A stretch of DNA of 64,000 nt, taken from NCBI GenBank assembly GCA_016223105.1, contig JACRPR010000072.1, positions 7,982 through 71,981 of the forward strand, given 5' to 3'. The first letter of the stretch is position 1. Every line of letters starts with the position of its first letter. This stretch comes from Chloroflexota bacterium (GTDB lineage: Bacteria; Chloroflexota; Anaerolineae; UBA4142). Position numbers and translations under genes: made by a program. A model generated the notes under the pieces. It saw only the letters and a list, made by a program, of their open reading frames with translations. It did no database searches and had not been told where the DNA came from. This document shows positions 17,589-27,346 of the stretch, one piece after another.

Positions 17589-19903
17589 TTTGAAATTTGA
17601 ATCGTGGTGAGCGTGATGTGATCGTCATTGTTCACCGGCAAACGCGCGCCGCCATTCGCGCGATACACGCCGACAAAAATTTTATACGCGCCGGGTGAAA
17701 GATCGCGCGGGATAATCAACGCGTACTCGTCCGCGACAATTTCGCCCGCGTCCCACAATGAAGTTGGATACGCGCCGCTCTGCGGCTGATCATCTTTTTG
17801 CGCGATGATTTTGCCGGTCGCGTCAACGAGATGCATGAACACGGTGTACTCTTGATCTATCGCGCCGCGCGCTTGCCAAAATAATTTCACGCGCAATGAT
17901 TCGCCATCGCGCGCGACCGAATGTCCGACAAGCGCGAGTTGATCCGCGAATTCATAGCGCGCCGGATTTTCGATTTGCACACGCGCTTGCCCAGCGATTT
18001 TGAAGCGCGCGAGCGTCGGCGTGATCGCGTTCCTGCGCGGATCGCGCGCGACCAGGTTTTCGAGCGGCACGCGGCGATAGAGCGTTACGTCAATCCGTCC
18101 GCCGCCCGGTCCGCGCGCGTCGCGCGATAACGGCACGCGATATTCGTCCGCGATAATTTCGCCGACCTGCCACAATCGCGTCGGATACAAACCGCGACCG
18201 GGGAACGCATCCCAGCGTCCGATCACATCACCACGCGCGTCGAGCAAGCGAAGCCCCACCGAAAAATCTTCCGCGATGCGTTCACGCGCGCGCCAATAAA
18301 TCGTGATCGGCAATTCGCCACCGGGCGCAACCGATTTTTGCGCGAGCGCGTAACCGATCAATTCGATCTGATCGTCGAAAATAATTTGCGTCGGATTTGG
18401 CACGCGCGCTTCATCGGAAAAACGCGCGGGCAAAGTGTACGTGGGCGCGATGAGCGTGAAAGGGGCGAGCGCGGCAAAAGTTAAAAGTAAAAAGGTAAAA
18501 ATAAAAAGTAATCCGTAATGCGTGATGCGTAAAATCTGAAATCTGAAATGTGAAATCTGAAATCCGCTCAGCCCGTAGACAAACAAAACTGCCACCGCGC
18601 TGATTGCCGGAAAAATCAGACGACCTTGCGATGCCATCGTGAGCCACGTCCAACGCACCAGCGAGAGATTGATCAGAATGAACCACAGCGCGGGCAACGC
18701 GATCAAACCGGGCAACGCGCGGCGAAAAATTCCGATCACCAAACCAATCAACGCGATCAGCGTGAACGCATCGAGAAGTGTGTACACAATTTCCGGCGCG
18801 ATGATGTTGACGCCGCCGAAATTGCCCCAAAACGAAATGCGAAATCCTTGCAGTTCGCCGAGCAAACTCGCGAACGAAACCGGCGTCGCGCGCCCACCAG
18901 CAATCGCGACCCAAACATTGAACGCTAGCGGATCGTCGTACAGCATCCAGTTGCGCGCGTACCACCAGAACGCGAGCGCGACGACGAGCGCGGCGCAAAC
19001 AAAACTGCCCTTGATAATTTCGAGTGGGTGAGCGGGTGAGTGGGTGAGTGGGAGAATTGCTCCCCCTCTCCCTCTCTTCCCCTCTCCCACTCGGTTTCGC
19101 CATAATAGATACGCGAACACAATCGCCGCGACACCGAGCAAACCCAGGTTACTAATTTTCGTGAGCGCGCCGAGACCCAGCACGATCCCAAGAATGACAA
19201 ACCGTTGCATCGTCGCACCACGCGTAACAAGTCGCGTCATCAGCAACAGCGCGAGCGTCGCGAGCATCGTCGCGAGGTTGTCATTGTTCACCGACGCGCT
19301 GATGAAAATAAACATCGGATTGCACGCGACCAGCGCGGCGGCGAATGCGGGAATGTCATTGCGAGCGAAGCGAAGCAATCCCCACCGCGCGGTGGAGATT
19401 GCTTCGTCGCCAAGGTCGCTCCTCGCAATGACAATTTCGCGCGCGAGCGCGTAGGTCAGCGCGACGGTGAGCGCGGAAAATATAATCGAGAGGAACCGGA
19501 TGAGGTGAACCGCGAGCGCGGTATTATGCCACGGAAAACTTTCCGCGTTCGTGTGGACGATCAAATTCTTGTTGCCAAAAACCAGGGGGATGCCAATTTT
19601 CGCATGCGGGTTGAGCCACACGCGCTCCGGCAAATCGCGCGCGTCAATCCAAAATGTCGCGAGCGCGCTGATCGCATAATACAGCGGTGGCTGTCCGCCC
19701 TCTTGCTCCCACAACGTTTTCACATTCGGGTCTTGGATCGGCAATCCATTCCCGGTCGCGAGATGTTGGATGAACGGATAATGCCAAATCTCATCGCCCG
19801 CTTCAAAAATCGGCGTGAGGATCGAGTACGTGATCGCAAGCGCGAGGAACGCGACCAGGATCAAAATCAGCGCGCGATTATTTGCCCACATAGATCGTTT
19901 CAA
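17585..19903 (-). CDS. GT-C fold membrane glycosyltransferase (GT39/ArnT/PMT-like), paralog 1, with two C-terminal beta-sandwich repeats
   Basis: 772 aa, more than 10 TM helices, first-loop EAGDEIWHYP acidic motif. The C-terminus carries two ~130-aa repeats (YWRA...DFSV / FWQA...EYTVFMHLVD...). Contains several in-frame repeat-derived segments. Confidence 0.7.
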   Translation of the reverse strand: MKRSMWANNRALILILVAFLALAITYSILTPIFEAGDEIWHYPFIQHLATGNGLPIQDPNVKTLWEQEGGQPPLYYAISALATFWIDARDLPERVWLNPHAKIGIPLVFGNKNLIVHTNAESFPWHNTALAVHLIRFLSIIFSALTVALTYALAREIVIARSDLGDEAISTARWGLLRFARNDIPAFAAALVACNPMFIFISASVNNDNLATMLATLALLLMTRLVTRGATMQRFVILGIVLGLGALTKISNLGLLGVAAIVFAYLLWRNRVGEGKRGRGGAILPLTHSPAHPLEIIKGSFVCAALVVALAFWWYARNWMLYDDPLAFNVWVAIAGGRATPVSFASLLGELQGFRISFWGNFGGVNIIAPEIVYTLLDAFTLIALIGLVIGIFRRALPGLIALPALWFILINLSLVRWTWLTMASQGRLIFPAISAVAVLFVYGLSGFQISHFRFQILRITHYGLLFIFTFLLLTFAALAPFTLIAPTYTLPARFSDEARVPNPTQIIFDDQIELIGYALAQKSVAPGGELPITIYWRARERIAEDFSVGLRLLDARGDVIGRWDAFPGRGLYPTRLWQVGEIIADEYRVPLSRDARGPGGGRIDVTLYRRVPLENLVARDPRRNAITPTLARFKIAGQARVQIENPARYEFADQLALVGHSVARDGESLRVKLFWQARGAIDQEYTVFMHLVDATGKIIAQKDDQPQSGAYPTSLWDAGEIVADEYALIIPRDLSPGAYKIFVGVYRANGGARLPVNNDDHITLTTIQISN
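18481..18565. repeat. Word-repeat segment (AAAAGTA, GATGCGT and AATCTGA words) inside GT-C paralog 1
   Basis: TTAAAAGTAAAAAGGTAAAAATAAAAAGTAATCCGTAATGCGTGATGCGTAAAATCTGAAATCTGAAATGTGAAATCTGAAATCC, translated as FQISHFRFQILRITHYGLLFIFTFLLLT. Confidence 0.7.
19022..19093. repeat. Word-repeat hairpin (GGGTGAG / CCCTCTC) inside GT-C paralog 1
   Basis: GAGTGGGTGAGCGGGTGAGTGGGTGAGTGGGAGAATTGCTCCCCCTCTCCCTCTCTTCCCCTCTCCCACTC, translated as GEGKRGRGGAILPLTHSPAHPL. Confidence 0.7.
19355..19433. repeat. Family C 79-bp hairpin element inside GT-C paralog 1
   Basis: GTCATTGCGAGCGAAGCGAAGCAATCCCCACCGCGCGGTGGAGATTGCTTCGTCGCCAAGGTCGCTCCTCGCAATGAC, translated as ...SDLGDEAISTARWGLLRFARNDI. Confidence 0.85.
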
Positions 19904-21674
19904 TTGTCACCGCGTCGCCAAACGACTGACCATTGGCGTCAACCATGGGCAAACGTTCCCCCGTTGCGCGATCATAAAAACCAACGCGGATCGCATAATT
20001 CCCCGGCGGCGTGTTCGCGTCAATCGGCAACACCGCGCCGTGCTTCCATTGGTCGCTCGCGCGCAAGCTACGCGTCGCCATTTGCGCGTCCGCGCCGGCG
20101 ATTTGATTACCGGCGGCATCAACGAGGTGGACAAAAATCGTATAGTCCCGATCGGTGTTTTCCAAACTCTGGAGATAAAAAATCGCCGCGAGATATTCGC
20201 CGGGTTGCACGCGCGCGCTTGCCAGATCGAAACGCGCCAATTGAATCGCGGCATTGAAATTTACCGGGAGCGGCGGCGCGGCGCGCGCATCGAACGTCGG
20301 CGCGACCGGGATTTCAATCGGACGCTCTTGTTCGTCGAGATAAATAATTAGCGGATGCGGATGCGCGCGCAAATCGGGACTGACATGCGATTGCACACTT
20401 CCGACCGCGATCGTTTTGCCGTACCGCCCCAGAAACATTCCTTCGAGACTGTCAATGTACGTGTTGATGAAATAGATGTACGTGCCGGGCGGGAACGTGG
20501 GATGGCGTTGGCGAATCGCGCGAAAGACCGCGCGCTCGTCGAGCGACATGGACGCGTATAGCGCGGCGGCTTCGTCAATTCGCAATCCATTGCCGATCAA
20601 AAAAAGCGCGACGAGCAACCCGATGCTCCACACCGCAACGCGCCGCCGATTTTGCGCGAGCCACACCACGAGCATCGCCGCGGCAATTGCGAACGCGAGC
20701 GCGGGCGCATACAAATAGCGCGATTGCGGTTTGGGAAACGGGATCACCGGGAGCAAGGTAACCAACGCGACCAATCCCAGGAATACCAGCGCGCGATTTT
20801 TTTTGCGCCACGCGCTCCATCCCGCGAACGCATAAATGCCGAGCGCGAGAATTTGATCCGCGACCGGGTTAATGCTCCACGGCACAACCAGTTCCGTCAA
20901 GTATTTGATCAAATTGGGCGCGAGGTGACTGCCCGCGCTATAACCGACCTGGCGCGTGCTAACGCCGTAGGTAATCGAGCGCAAGTCGAACGCGATCAAC
21001 GTCAGCCCGGCGAAACCGAACAGCGCGTAGCGCCGGAATAAATCGAACACGCGGAACGGTCGGCGCAACAAAATGATCTCGATGCCAAGCAGAACTGCCG
21101 GCAGAACAATGCTCGTCTCTTTGGTCATCAACGCAAGACAATAAAACAACAGGGCGCGCAAATAATCGCGCGCGCGCGCGCGTTCGAGATACGCGATCCA
21201 AAACCAGGTCGCGGCGAGCGCGAACGCGGTCGCCTCGTTTTGCGGCTCGATGGGCCACATCGCGACCCAACTGATTGTCGGCAGAGTCACAAAAAATAAC
21301 GCGGACAATAACGCGAGCCACGGATGGTGGGACAGCCGGCGCACAAGCGCGAACAACAACAAGCCGTTCAGCAAATGCAGTAACATCCAAACAACGTGAA
21401 AGCCAAACGGATCCGCGCCGAACAAGGTGTATTCGGCTAACCACATCACTCCAAACATCGGACGATACCAAATGAATTGGACGCGCGGATCGAAAAAGAA
21501 ACGCAGATACTCGCCGAGATCGAGTTTCACCAACAGCGTGATGAACGACCAATCGTCCCACAAAAAACCAATCCGCAAGCCGGGCGCGAAAAAAATCGCG
21601 ACGACCGCGCTGATCAGTAAAACGCATAACGCGGTGGAAAATTTTTCAATGGCTTTGATTTTTGAACTGGTCAT
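19878..21674 (-). CDS. GT-C fold membrane glycosyltransferase (PMT/TMTC-like), paralog 2
   Basis: ATG 21674. First-loop GFLWDDWSF motif. Polytopic N-terminal domain plus a C-terminal domain (FYLQSLENTDRDYTIFVHLVDAAGNQIAGAD...). Confidence 0.65.
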   Translation of the reverse strand: MTSSKIKAIEKFSTALCVLLISAVVAIFFAPGLRIGFLWDDWSFITLLVKLDLGEYLRFFFDPRVQFIWYRPMFGVMWLAEYTLFGADPFGFHVVWMLLHLLNGLLLFALVRRLSHHPWLALLSALFFVTLPTISWVAMWPIEPQNEATAFALAATWFWIAYLERARARDYLRALLFYCLALMTKETSIVLPAVLLGIEIILLRRPFRVFDLFRRYALFGFAGLTLIAFDLRSITYGVSTRQVGYSAGSHLAPNLIKYLTELVVPWSINPVADQILALGIYAFAGWSAWRKKNRALVFLGLVALVTLLPVIPFPKPQSRYLYAPALAFAIAAAMLVVWLAQNRRRVAVWSIGLLVALFLIGNGLRIDEAAALYASMSLDERAVFRAIRQRHPTFPPGTYIYFINTYIDSLEGMFLGRYGKTIAVGSVQSHVSPDLRAHPHPLIIYLDEQERPIEIPVAPTFDARAAPPLPVNFNAAIQLARFDLASARVQPGEYLAAIFYLQSLENTDRDYTIFVHLVDAAGNQIAGADAQMATRSLRASDQWKHGAVLPIDANTPPGNYAIRVGFYDRATGERLPMVDANGQSFGDAVTIETIYVGK

Positions 21675-21690
21675 CTGCGCTAGTCCAATT

Positions 21691-23589
21691 TTACGGTTGG
21701 CATTGACACACATTATTCGCGCTGGTCGCGCAATGGCTGGTCACGCGAATGGATTTGAGCGCGATTTCGGCGGGCGCGTCGGTCGGATCGAAACGGAGTT
21801 GTTCGATCTGATCGCCGAAAAATAATTTGCCGCTCGCGCCAAGGTTGACGCGATAGGTGCGCCATTCGCCGTCGGCTTGAATCGGGAACGCCTCGCTAAT
21901 GCCCGGGAAAAAATCGGCTTGATCGGTTGCGCGCCAAAATAGTTCGCCGCGCGTCGTCGGCGTCGCGGCGCGCGCGCGGAGCGTGATCTCGACAGCGGCA
22001 ATCGCAAGCGCGGGCATGTTGATTGGCGGACTCGCCAGGATCGGATCGTTGCCGAGGACGCGCAGTCCACGCGCGTCGTCGGGCGCGTCCATCTCGGCGA
22101 GATCGTTCCAGGTCGCCCATTCGCGCAAGCCCTGCGCGACCGTCCACTCGATTGCCGGGCGCGCGTGTCCCAAGCATTGCGCGCGCGCGCTCAACGCGTC
22201 GCGCACAGCGGGATGTTCGATCAAACGTCGCCGCGCGTACTCGATGAAAAAGATATTCGCGCGCGGCGCATCCACAATCGGAAATTTTGCGCCGAGCGTC
22301 GCATCCACCGCGCTCCGGTGGGAAATACCGAGCGCCATTTTCAAATTCAAATCGTCGAGAATCACCGGCACACCCCGCGCCATTGTGGGAATGCCGATAA
22401 AATAAAAACGCGTGCCCGGCGGAATTTGCGGAAATAGCCGCTCCATTTCTTGAACCACGCTTCCCGCGATATTTCCCGCCGTCGCCCAATTCTCGACGCG
22501 CCCGTTCAAGCCCATCGCGTACGCGCCGATGAAAAACACGGACAGCGCAAAACGCGCGACGCGCGCCCCCCGCATCGTTTGCGGAAACGGTTGCGCCACG
22601 ATTGCCGCGAGCGCGATCACAAATCCGGCGGAGGGTGTGTACGCGAGGCGCGGCGCGGGATACGCGACGGAGAGCGAAGGCATCAACGAAATGATCGTCC
22701 ACGCAATTCCCAACCACACAGTTTTGCGCCGACGATAAATCAACGCGAGGAGCGCGAACACGCCCAGCAAGGTCCAATACATCTCGACGCTGAGATCGGC
22801 AAAAAAGGGCTGGACGAATGTGATCGTATAATAATGCGCGAACAAGTTGATCACAATGTCGAGCGATTGCGTACTTTGATACAAGGATGGCGGCGCGAGA
22901 AAGGTGAAACGAATTAGGGCGTAACCGGCGAGCGCGCTCCACATCACGATTTGCGCGCGCGCGATGCGCCAGCGCAGGGTTGGAAAATGAAATAGCAGAT
23001 CATAAACGAGCAACACTGCCGGGAGCGCGAGCGTATTCTCTTTGGTCAAGTTCGCGCAGAGCATCGCGATTAACGCGACACCTAAATACAATCGTTTGGC
23101 GCGCGTGCGGAATAACCCAAAAAAAGTTGCGGACAGTAAATAGAAAAACGCGCTCAAGACATCGGTGCGATCCGAAATCCACGCGACCGATTCCGCGTGA
23201 TACGGATGCAACGCGAACAACGCGCCGGCGATAATGCCGATCCAGCGTTGGCGCGTTGTGAATCGCGTCAACACATACACGAGAAATGAACTGAGCGCGT
23301 GAAGCAGGACATTCGTCGCGTGATAGCCGAATGGCGCGCGCCCCCACATTGCGAAATCAATCAACCACAGCCATTGCACAAACGGACGCAGGAAAACAAT
23401 GCCATAGTACGTGAACAACCATTCCAGCAATCCGTGACCTTGCAGGTACGCGTCGGCATTGTCAATCAAATGCGTCATATACGAATTGTCGTCAATCAGA
23501 AAAAAACCGGACAAGCCGGGCGCGTACGCGGCAAAGCTAATGCAGATCAATCCGACGAAGATAAATCGTGAACTATGTTTCGCGATCAT
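21691..23589 (-). CDS. GT-C fold membrane glycosyltransferase (PMT/TMTC-like), paralog 3, with a divergent C-terminal domain
   Basis: ATG 23589. First-loop FFLIDDNSY motif. Polytopic. The C-terminal ~230 aa is unlike the other four paralogs. Confidence 0.6.
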   Translation of the reverse strand: MIAKHSSRFIFVGLICISFAAYAPGLSGFFLIDDNSYMTHLIDNADAYLQGHGLLEWLFTYYGIVFLRPFVQWLWLIDFAMWGRAPFGYHATNVLLHALSSFLVYVLTRFTTRQRWIGIIAGALFALHPYHAESVAWISDRTDVLSAFFYLLSATFFGLFRTRAKRLYLGVALIAMLCANLTKENTLALPAVLLVYDLLFHFPTLRWRIARAQIVMWSALAGYALIRFTFLAPPSLYQSTQSLDIVINLFAHYYTITFVQPFFADLSVEMYWTLLGVFALLALIYRRRKTVWLGIAWTIISLMPSLSVAYPAPRLAYTPSAGFVIALAAIVAQPFPQTMRGARVARFALSVFFIGAYAMGLNGRVENWATAGNIAGSVVQEMERLFPQIPPGTRFYFIGIPTMARGVPVILDDLNLKMALGISHRSAVDATLGAKFPIVDAPRANIFFIEYARRRLIEHPAVRDALSARAQCLGHARPAIEWTVAQGLREWATWNDLAEMDAPDDARGLRVLGNDPILASPPINMPALAIAAVEITLRARAATPTTRGELFWRATDQADFFPGISEAFPIQADGEWRTYRVNLGASGKLFFGDQIEQLRFDPTDAPAEIALKSIRVTSHCATSANNVCQCQP

Positions 23590-23602
23590 TGAGCGACTCG
23601 CA

Positions 23603-25408
23603 TCATTCCGCAATTACAATCGGGTCAATGCTGATTTTTTCCGGCAAAGTCGTGATGCTGATTTCGAGCCGATACGAACCCGGTTCGACCTCGAGCGGCA
23701 ATTGAAACGGGGCGATGGTCAACTCGCCTAACTTTCCCAGCCCGGCAATAATTTTTTGAGCGGACGCGACCGCGCGTCCATCCGGCGCGATCAGACGCGC
23801 CTCCGCGTGAATCACCCGTTCAAAATGATCGGTCACGCGCAAATACAGCAAGCCCAAAACCGGCTCGCCGCGTTTCAGATTCGCGCGCACGAGCTCGTAG
23901 CCGGCGAGTTGGATCAAGCCGGTGGATGGCGTGGGCGCGGGCGACATGCGCGCGGCGATGTCTTTTTCGACGCGTTGCTCTTTTTGATTGTCTTGCGCGT
24001 CCCAGTAAATCACAAACGCGTTCGCGCGCGCGCGCAAATTCGCCGGGCGTCCGTCATCGGTCGCGCGCGCGGAGACGCGCGCGCCATAATACCACAACAT
24101 CATCCCGGACAAATTTGCGCCCGGCACCGGCGGATTGAAAAAATAAAAATACGTGTCGTCCGGCAACGTCGGATGCGCTTGGCGGATGTTGCGAAACGGC
24201 ACGCGCGCGACGCGCCCATTTTCCGCGAACTCGCTCGCGGCACGCGCGATGTTCACGCTTCCAAACAGCGCGACGCCAACGATCAGCGCAAACGCGCTCC
24301 AAACGCGCGGCACACGTCCCGCGATGCGATCAATTCCGAGTGCGAGCAAAATCGCGGACGCGACGAGCGGCAAGTACAGAAAACGATTCGCGACAAACGG
24401 AAATGGCGCGACCGGCAAAATCGCGAGCGCCGCGCCGACAAGCGCGGGCAACAGCGCGTACCATTTTTTCGCGACGATCAAATACGCGAGCAATCCCGCG
24501 CCAAGCGCGAGCGCGATATAATTGAACGGCGGTGACGCGATCCACGGAAACGCGAGCGTGCCAAGATAATCCGCAAGGTTCTGCGCGATTTGGATCCCCG
24601 GATCATAGCCCTCGCGATTGACGAACACGCTTCGCCGCGTAACGATGTACTCGATCCACGCGTACGGCACAAGCACAAGCGCGAACGGCGCGTACCGTTT
24701 TGCCAATTGCGCGCGCGTCGCCGGTTGCGCGACGATGAAACGATCCATCAAGAAAAGTGTGATCGGCAACGTAACGCCAATCTCTTTTGAAAACAACGCG
24801 AACAAAAACGCGAGGAACGCGGCGACCGGCAAGATCGGACTCGACCCCTTCGGCTTTCGCTCAGGGCAATTGGCTTTAGCGGGTTGTTTAGCTGAACCGT
24901 CTACCGCGTCAACGCTCGACTCCCGATCTCTGCGCGCGGATAAATGCTCGAACCAAAACCAGGTCGCGAGCAAATAGAAAAATGTTTCGAGCGTGTCCAC
25001 CACGCCGGGCCAAAAAACGGCGAGCGCGGCAGTCGGGAGCGTTGCGAAAATCAGCGCGGCGAAAAACGCGGCGCGCGCGTTGCGCGTGATCCGGCGCACG
25101 AGCGCGAGAATCAAAAATGAATTCGCGAGATGAAGCAGAACGTTGACGAGATGATAGCCGAGCGGATTCGTTCCAAAAATTGTATTGCCGACGCGCCACA
25201 ACATGCCTTGCACCGGGCGATACCACGCGGTCTGCGCGCCGGGATCGAAATACTTTACAAGATACTCGGACAAATTCAAACGCCCGGCGAGATCGTAAAA
25301 AATCCAATCGTCGCCGTAGAAACCGAGCGCGAGCGCGGGAAAATACGCGAGCAAAACCGCCGCGCTAATGATCCCAAATTCGAGCGTAATTTTTTTTCGG
25401 TCGTTCAT
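23603..25408 (-). CDS. GT-C fold membrane glycosyltransferase (PMT/TMTC-like), paralog 4
   Basis: ATG 25408 overlaps the stop of paralog 5 (ATGA). First-loop GFYGDDWIF motif. Carries an 87-bp family M insertion in frame. Confidence 0.65.
   Translation of the reverse strand: MNDRKKITLEFGIISAAVLLAYFPALALGFYGDDWIFYDLAGRLNLSEYLVKYFDPGAQTAWYRPVQGMLWRVGNTIFGTNPLGYHLVNVLLHLANSFLILALVRRITRNARAAFFAALIFATLPTAALAVFWPGVVDTLETFFYLLATWFWFEHLSARRDRESSVDAVDGSAKQPAKANCPERKPKGSSPILPVAAFLAFLFALFSKEIGVTLPITLFLMDRFIVAQPATRAQLAKRYAPFALVLVPYAWIEYIVTRRSVFVNREGYDPGIQIAQNLADYLGTLAFPWIASPPFNYIALALGAGLLAYLIVAKKWYALLPALVGAALAILPVAPFPFVANRFLYLPLVASAILLALGIDRIAGRVPRVWSAFALIVGVALFGSVNIARAASEFAENGRVARVPFRNIRQAHPTLPDDTYFYFFNPPVPGANLSGMMLWYYGARVSARATDDGRPANLRARANAFVIYWDAQDNQKEQRVEKDIAARMSPAPTPSTGLIQLAGYELVRANLKRGEPVLGLLYLRVTDHFERVIHAEARLIAPDGRAVASAQKIIAGLGKLGELTIAPFQLPLEVEPGSYRLEISITTLPEKISIDPIVIAE
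24837..24923 (+). repeat. MITE-like element, family M, long form, in frame inside GT-C paralog 4
   Basis: 87 bp (29 codons), translated as ESSVDAVDGSAKQPAKANCPERKPKGSS. Paralogs 2 and 5 lack these residues at the aligned loop (WFWIAYLERARARDYL... / WFWITYLEKNSWQSYV...). Confidence 0.85.
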
Positions 25409-27216
25409 TCCACAATCTGAAACGGCGCAAGCGAAATCGAATCGCGGGTGGGCGCACCGATCACCGGCACGCGTGCGCCGGTCGTCGCGTCGTACAAACC
25501 GATTTGAATTTTGTATGCGTTGCCCAGCGGCGCGTCGCCGGGCACATTCAAAACGATCGCGTCCACGACGAGCCGCCGCGTTTCCCATTGCGTCGTCGGC
25601 AGTTTGCCCTTGCGCGGCGCGCTATCGGATTGCGCGATCACTTTGCCGTCCGGCGCGAGCAAATGCGCGAACACGGTGTAATCAGTTTCGATCCGATCCG
25701 TCGCGCGCCAATACAACATCAGCACAAGCGGCGCGCCGGGTTTGAGCGTCGCGCGCGCGATCTCGAATCCTTCGAGTTGGATCGACGCGGCGAATTGGAT
25801 CGGCAGATCGGGCGCACTGCGCGTCGCGATATTTTTTTCGACCGGAATTTCGACCGCGCGGCGCGCGGCATCGAACAAGTACACAAACGCGTTTTGATGC
25901 GCGCGCAGATTCGCGTAATCGTCCCAGCCGCCGACCGTAACCCCGCGACCATACCGCCCAAAAAACATTCCCGATAATCCGCCGGTGACCGGCGTGATCG
26001 GGTCGATAAAATAGAGATGCGTGTCCGGCGGAAACGTCGGATGCGCGCGTTCGATATCGCGGAACGGCACGCGCAATTGGCGCGCCCACTCCGCCGCCGC
26101 GATTGCGGAATCGTTCAGCGCGAACGCGTTGCCGAGCGCGAGCAAGGCGAGCGCGCTCGCGGCAGTCGCGCGCAAATTCAAGCGCGCGCGCGCGGAATCG
26201 AACAACGCGCCAAGAAAAATCGCGCCGGCGAACAGCGGCAAGTACAAATAGCGATGTTCGAGAAATGGGAACGGCAAAACCGGGATGAGCGTGATCAGCG
26301 CGAACACGCAGAGCAACACGAGCGCGCGACTGCGTTTACGAATGATCACGGTCGCGAGCAAAATCAGCGCGAGCGTCGTCCACGCGTAGGTGATGAACGT
26401 CCCGGTAACTTCGGGATTGAGATCAATCGAGGGAAAATCGCCCCAGGGGAAAAAGAACAGGACGAGGTATTGCGAAAAAATGTACGCCATCTTTGCGCCG
26501 ACGTGCCAACCGAACACGCCGACGAATGTGTGCGTGCTTTGGCTCGTGGATTGGATCAGCAAAAAGATGCCGCCGAAAATCGCGAACAGTGCGTACTCGC
26601 GCATCAGCCGCGCGAGCACAATCGGTTTGTGCATCAACCACCACTCGATCAAAAATAAAATCGGCGGTAGTGTGATCGCGGTTTGCTTTGCCATCAACGC
26701 GAGGACGAACATCGTAACCGCAAGTACGTAACTCTGCCAGGAATTTTTTTCGAGATACGTGATCCAAAACCAAATGCACGCGAGGTACGGCATCGTCGCG
26801 AGCGGATCAACAATGCCAACCCAGTTGACGCCGGAAATGTAGACGGTGAAGGTCGCGTAGAAAAACGCGCTCGCGAAGCCGACGCGCCATTTGCGCGTAA
26901 CGCGCGCGACGAGCGCGTAGAGCAAGAGCGCGTTGATCGCGTGAAAGCCATTATTGACGATGTGATACGCGTTCGGATTATTTCCAAAAATTTGCCACTC
27001 GATAAACCATTGAATCGCCTGGAGCGGACGATACCACACCGTCCACACGCGCGGATCGAAAATCGCGACGAGCGCGTTCGACCAATCGGTGCGCCCGGCG
27101 CGTTCGACGTAAATCCAATCGTCGAGATAAAAGCCCATTCGCAGATTAGGGTGATAGGAAATCAAAACGATCGCGCCGATAACGAGCGCGCCGATCAGAG
27201 GAATTTTGCGCGACAT
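25405..27216 (-). CDS. GT-C fold membrane glycosyltransferase (PMT/TMTC-like), paralog 5
   Basis: 603 aa. First-loop GFYLDDWIY motif. C-terminal domain LYWRATDRIETDYTVFAHLLAPDGKVIAQSD... Confidence 0.65.
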   Translation of the reverse strand: MSRKIPLIGALVIGAIVLISYHPNLRMGFYLDDWIYVERAGRTDWSNALVAIFDPRVWTVWYRPLQAIQWFIEWQIFGNNPNAYHIVNNGFHAINALLLYALVARVTRKWRVGFASAFFYATFTVYISGVNWVGIVDPLATMPYLACIWFWITYLEKNSWQSYVLAVTMFVLALMAKQTAITLPPILFLIEWWLMHKPIVLARLMREYALFAIFGGIFLLIQSTSQSTHTFVGVFGWHVGAKMAYIFSQYLVLFFFPWGDFPSIDLNPEVTGTFITYAWTTLALILLATVIIRKRSRALVLLCVFALITLIPVLPFPFLEHRYLYLPLFAGAIFLGALFDSARARLNLRATAASALALLALGNAFALNDSAIAAAEWARQLRVPFRDIERAHPTFPPDTHLYFIDPITPVTGGLSGMFFGRYGRGVTVGGWDDYANLRAHQNAFVYLFDAARRAVEIPVEKNIATRSAPDLPIQFAASIQLEGFEIARATLKPGAPLVLMLYWRATDRIETDYTVFAHLLAPDGKVIAQSDSAPRKGKLPTTQWETRRLVVDAIVLNVPGDAPLGNAYKIQIGLYDATTGARVPVIGAPTRDSISLAPFQIVE

Positions 27217-27246
27217 CGGCGCGGAGTATAGCAGAATTTACGCGCG

Positions 27247-27275
27247 ATGACAAAACCGGCAAACGCGGTTATACT
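27247..27275 (+). promoter_or_regulatory. Sigma-70-like promoter for the MBL-fold gene
   Basis: ATGACA (27247-27252), 17-nt spacer, TATACT (27270-27275). Confidence 0.4.
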
Positions 27276-27346
27276 TTGCGGGGCAAAGAAAAATCCCAAA
27301 AACCAAATTCCAAATTTCAAATCTGAAATTACCGAAAGGAGGCGCG

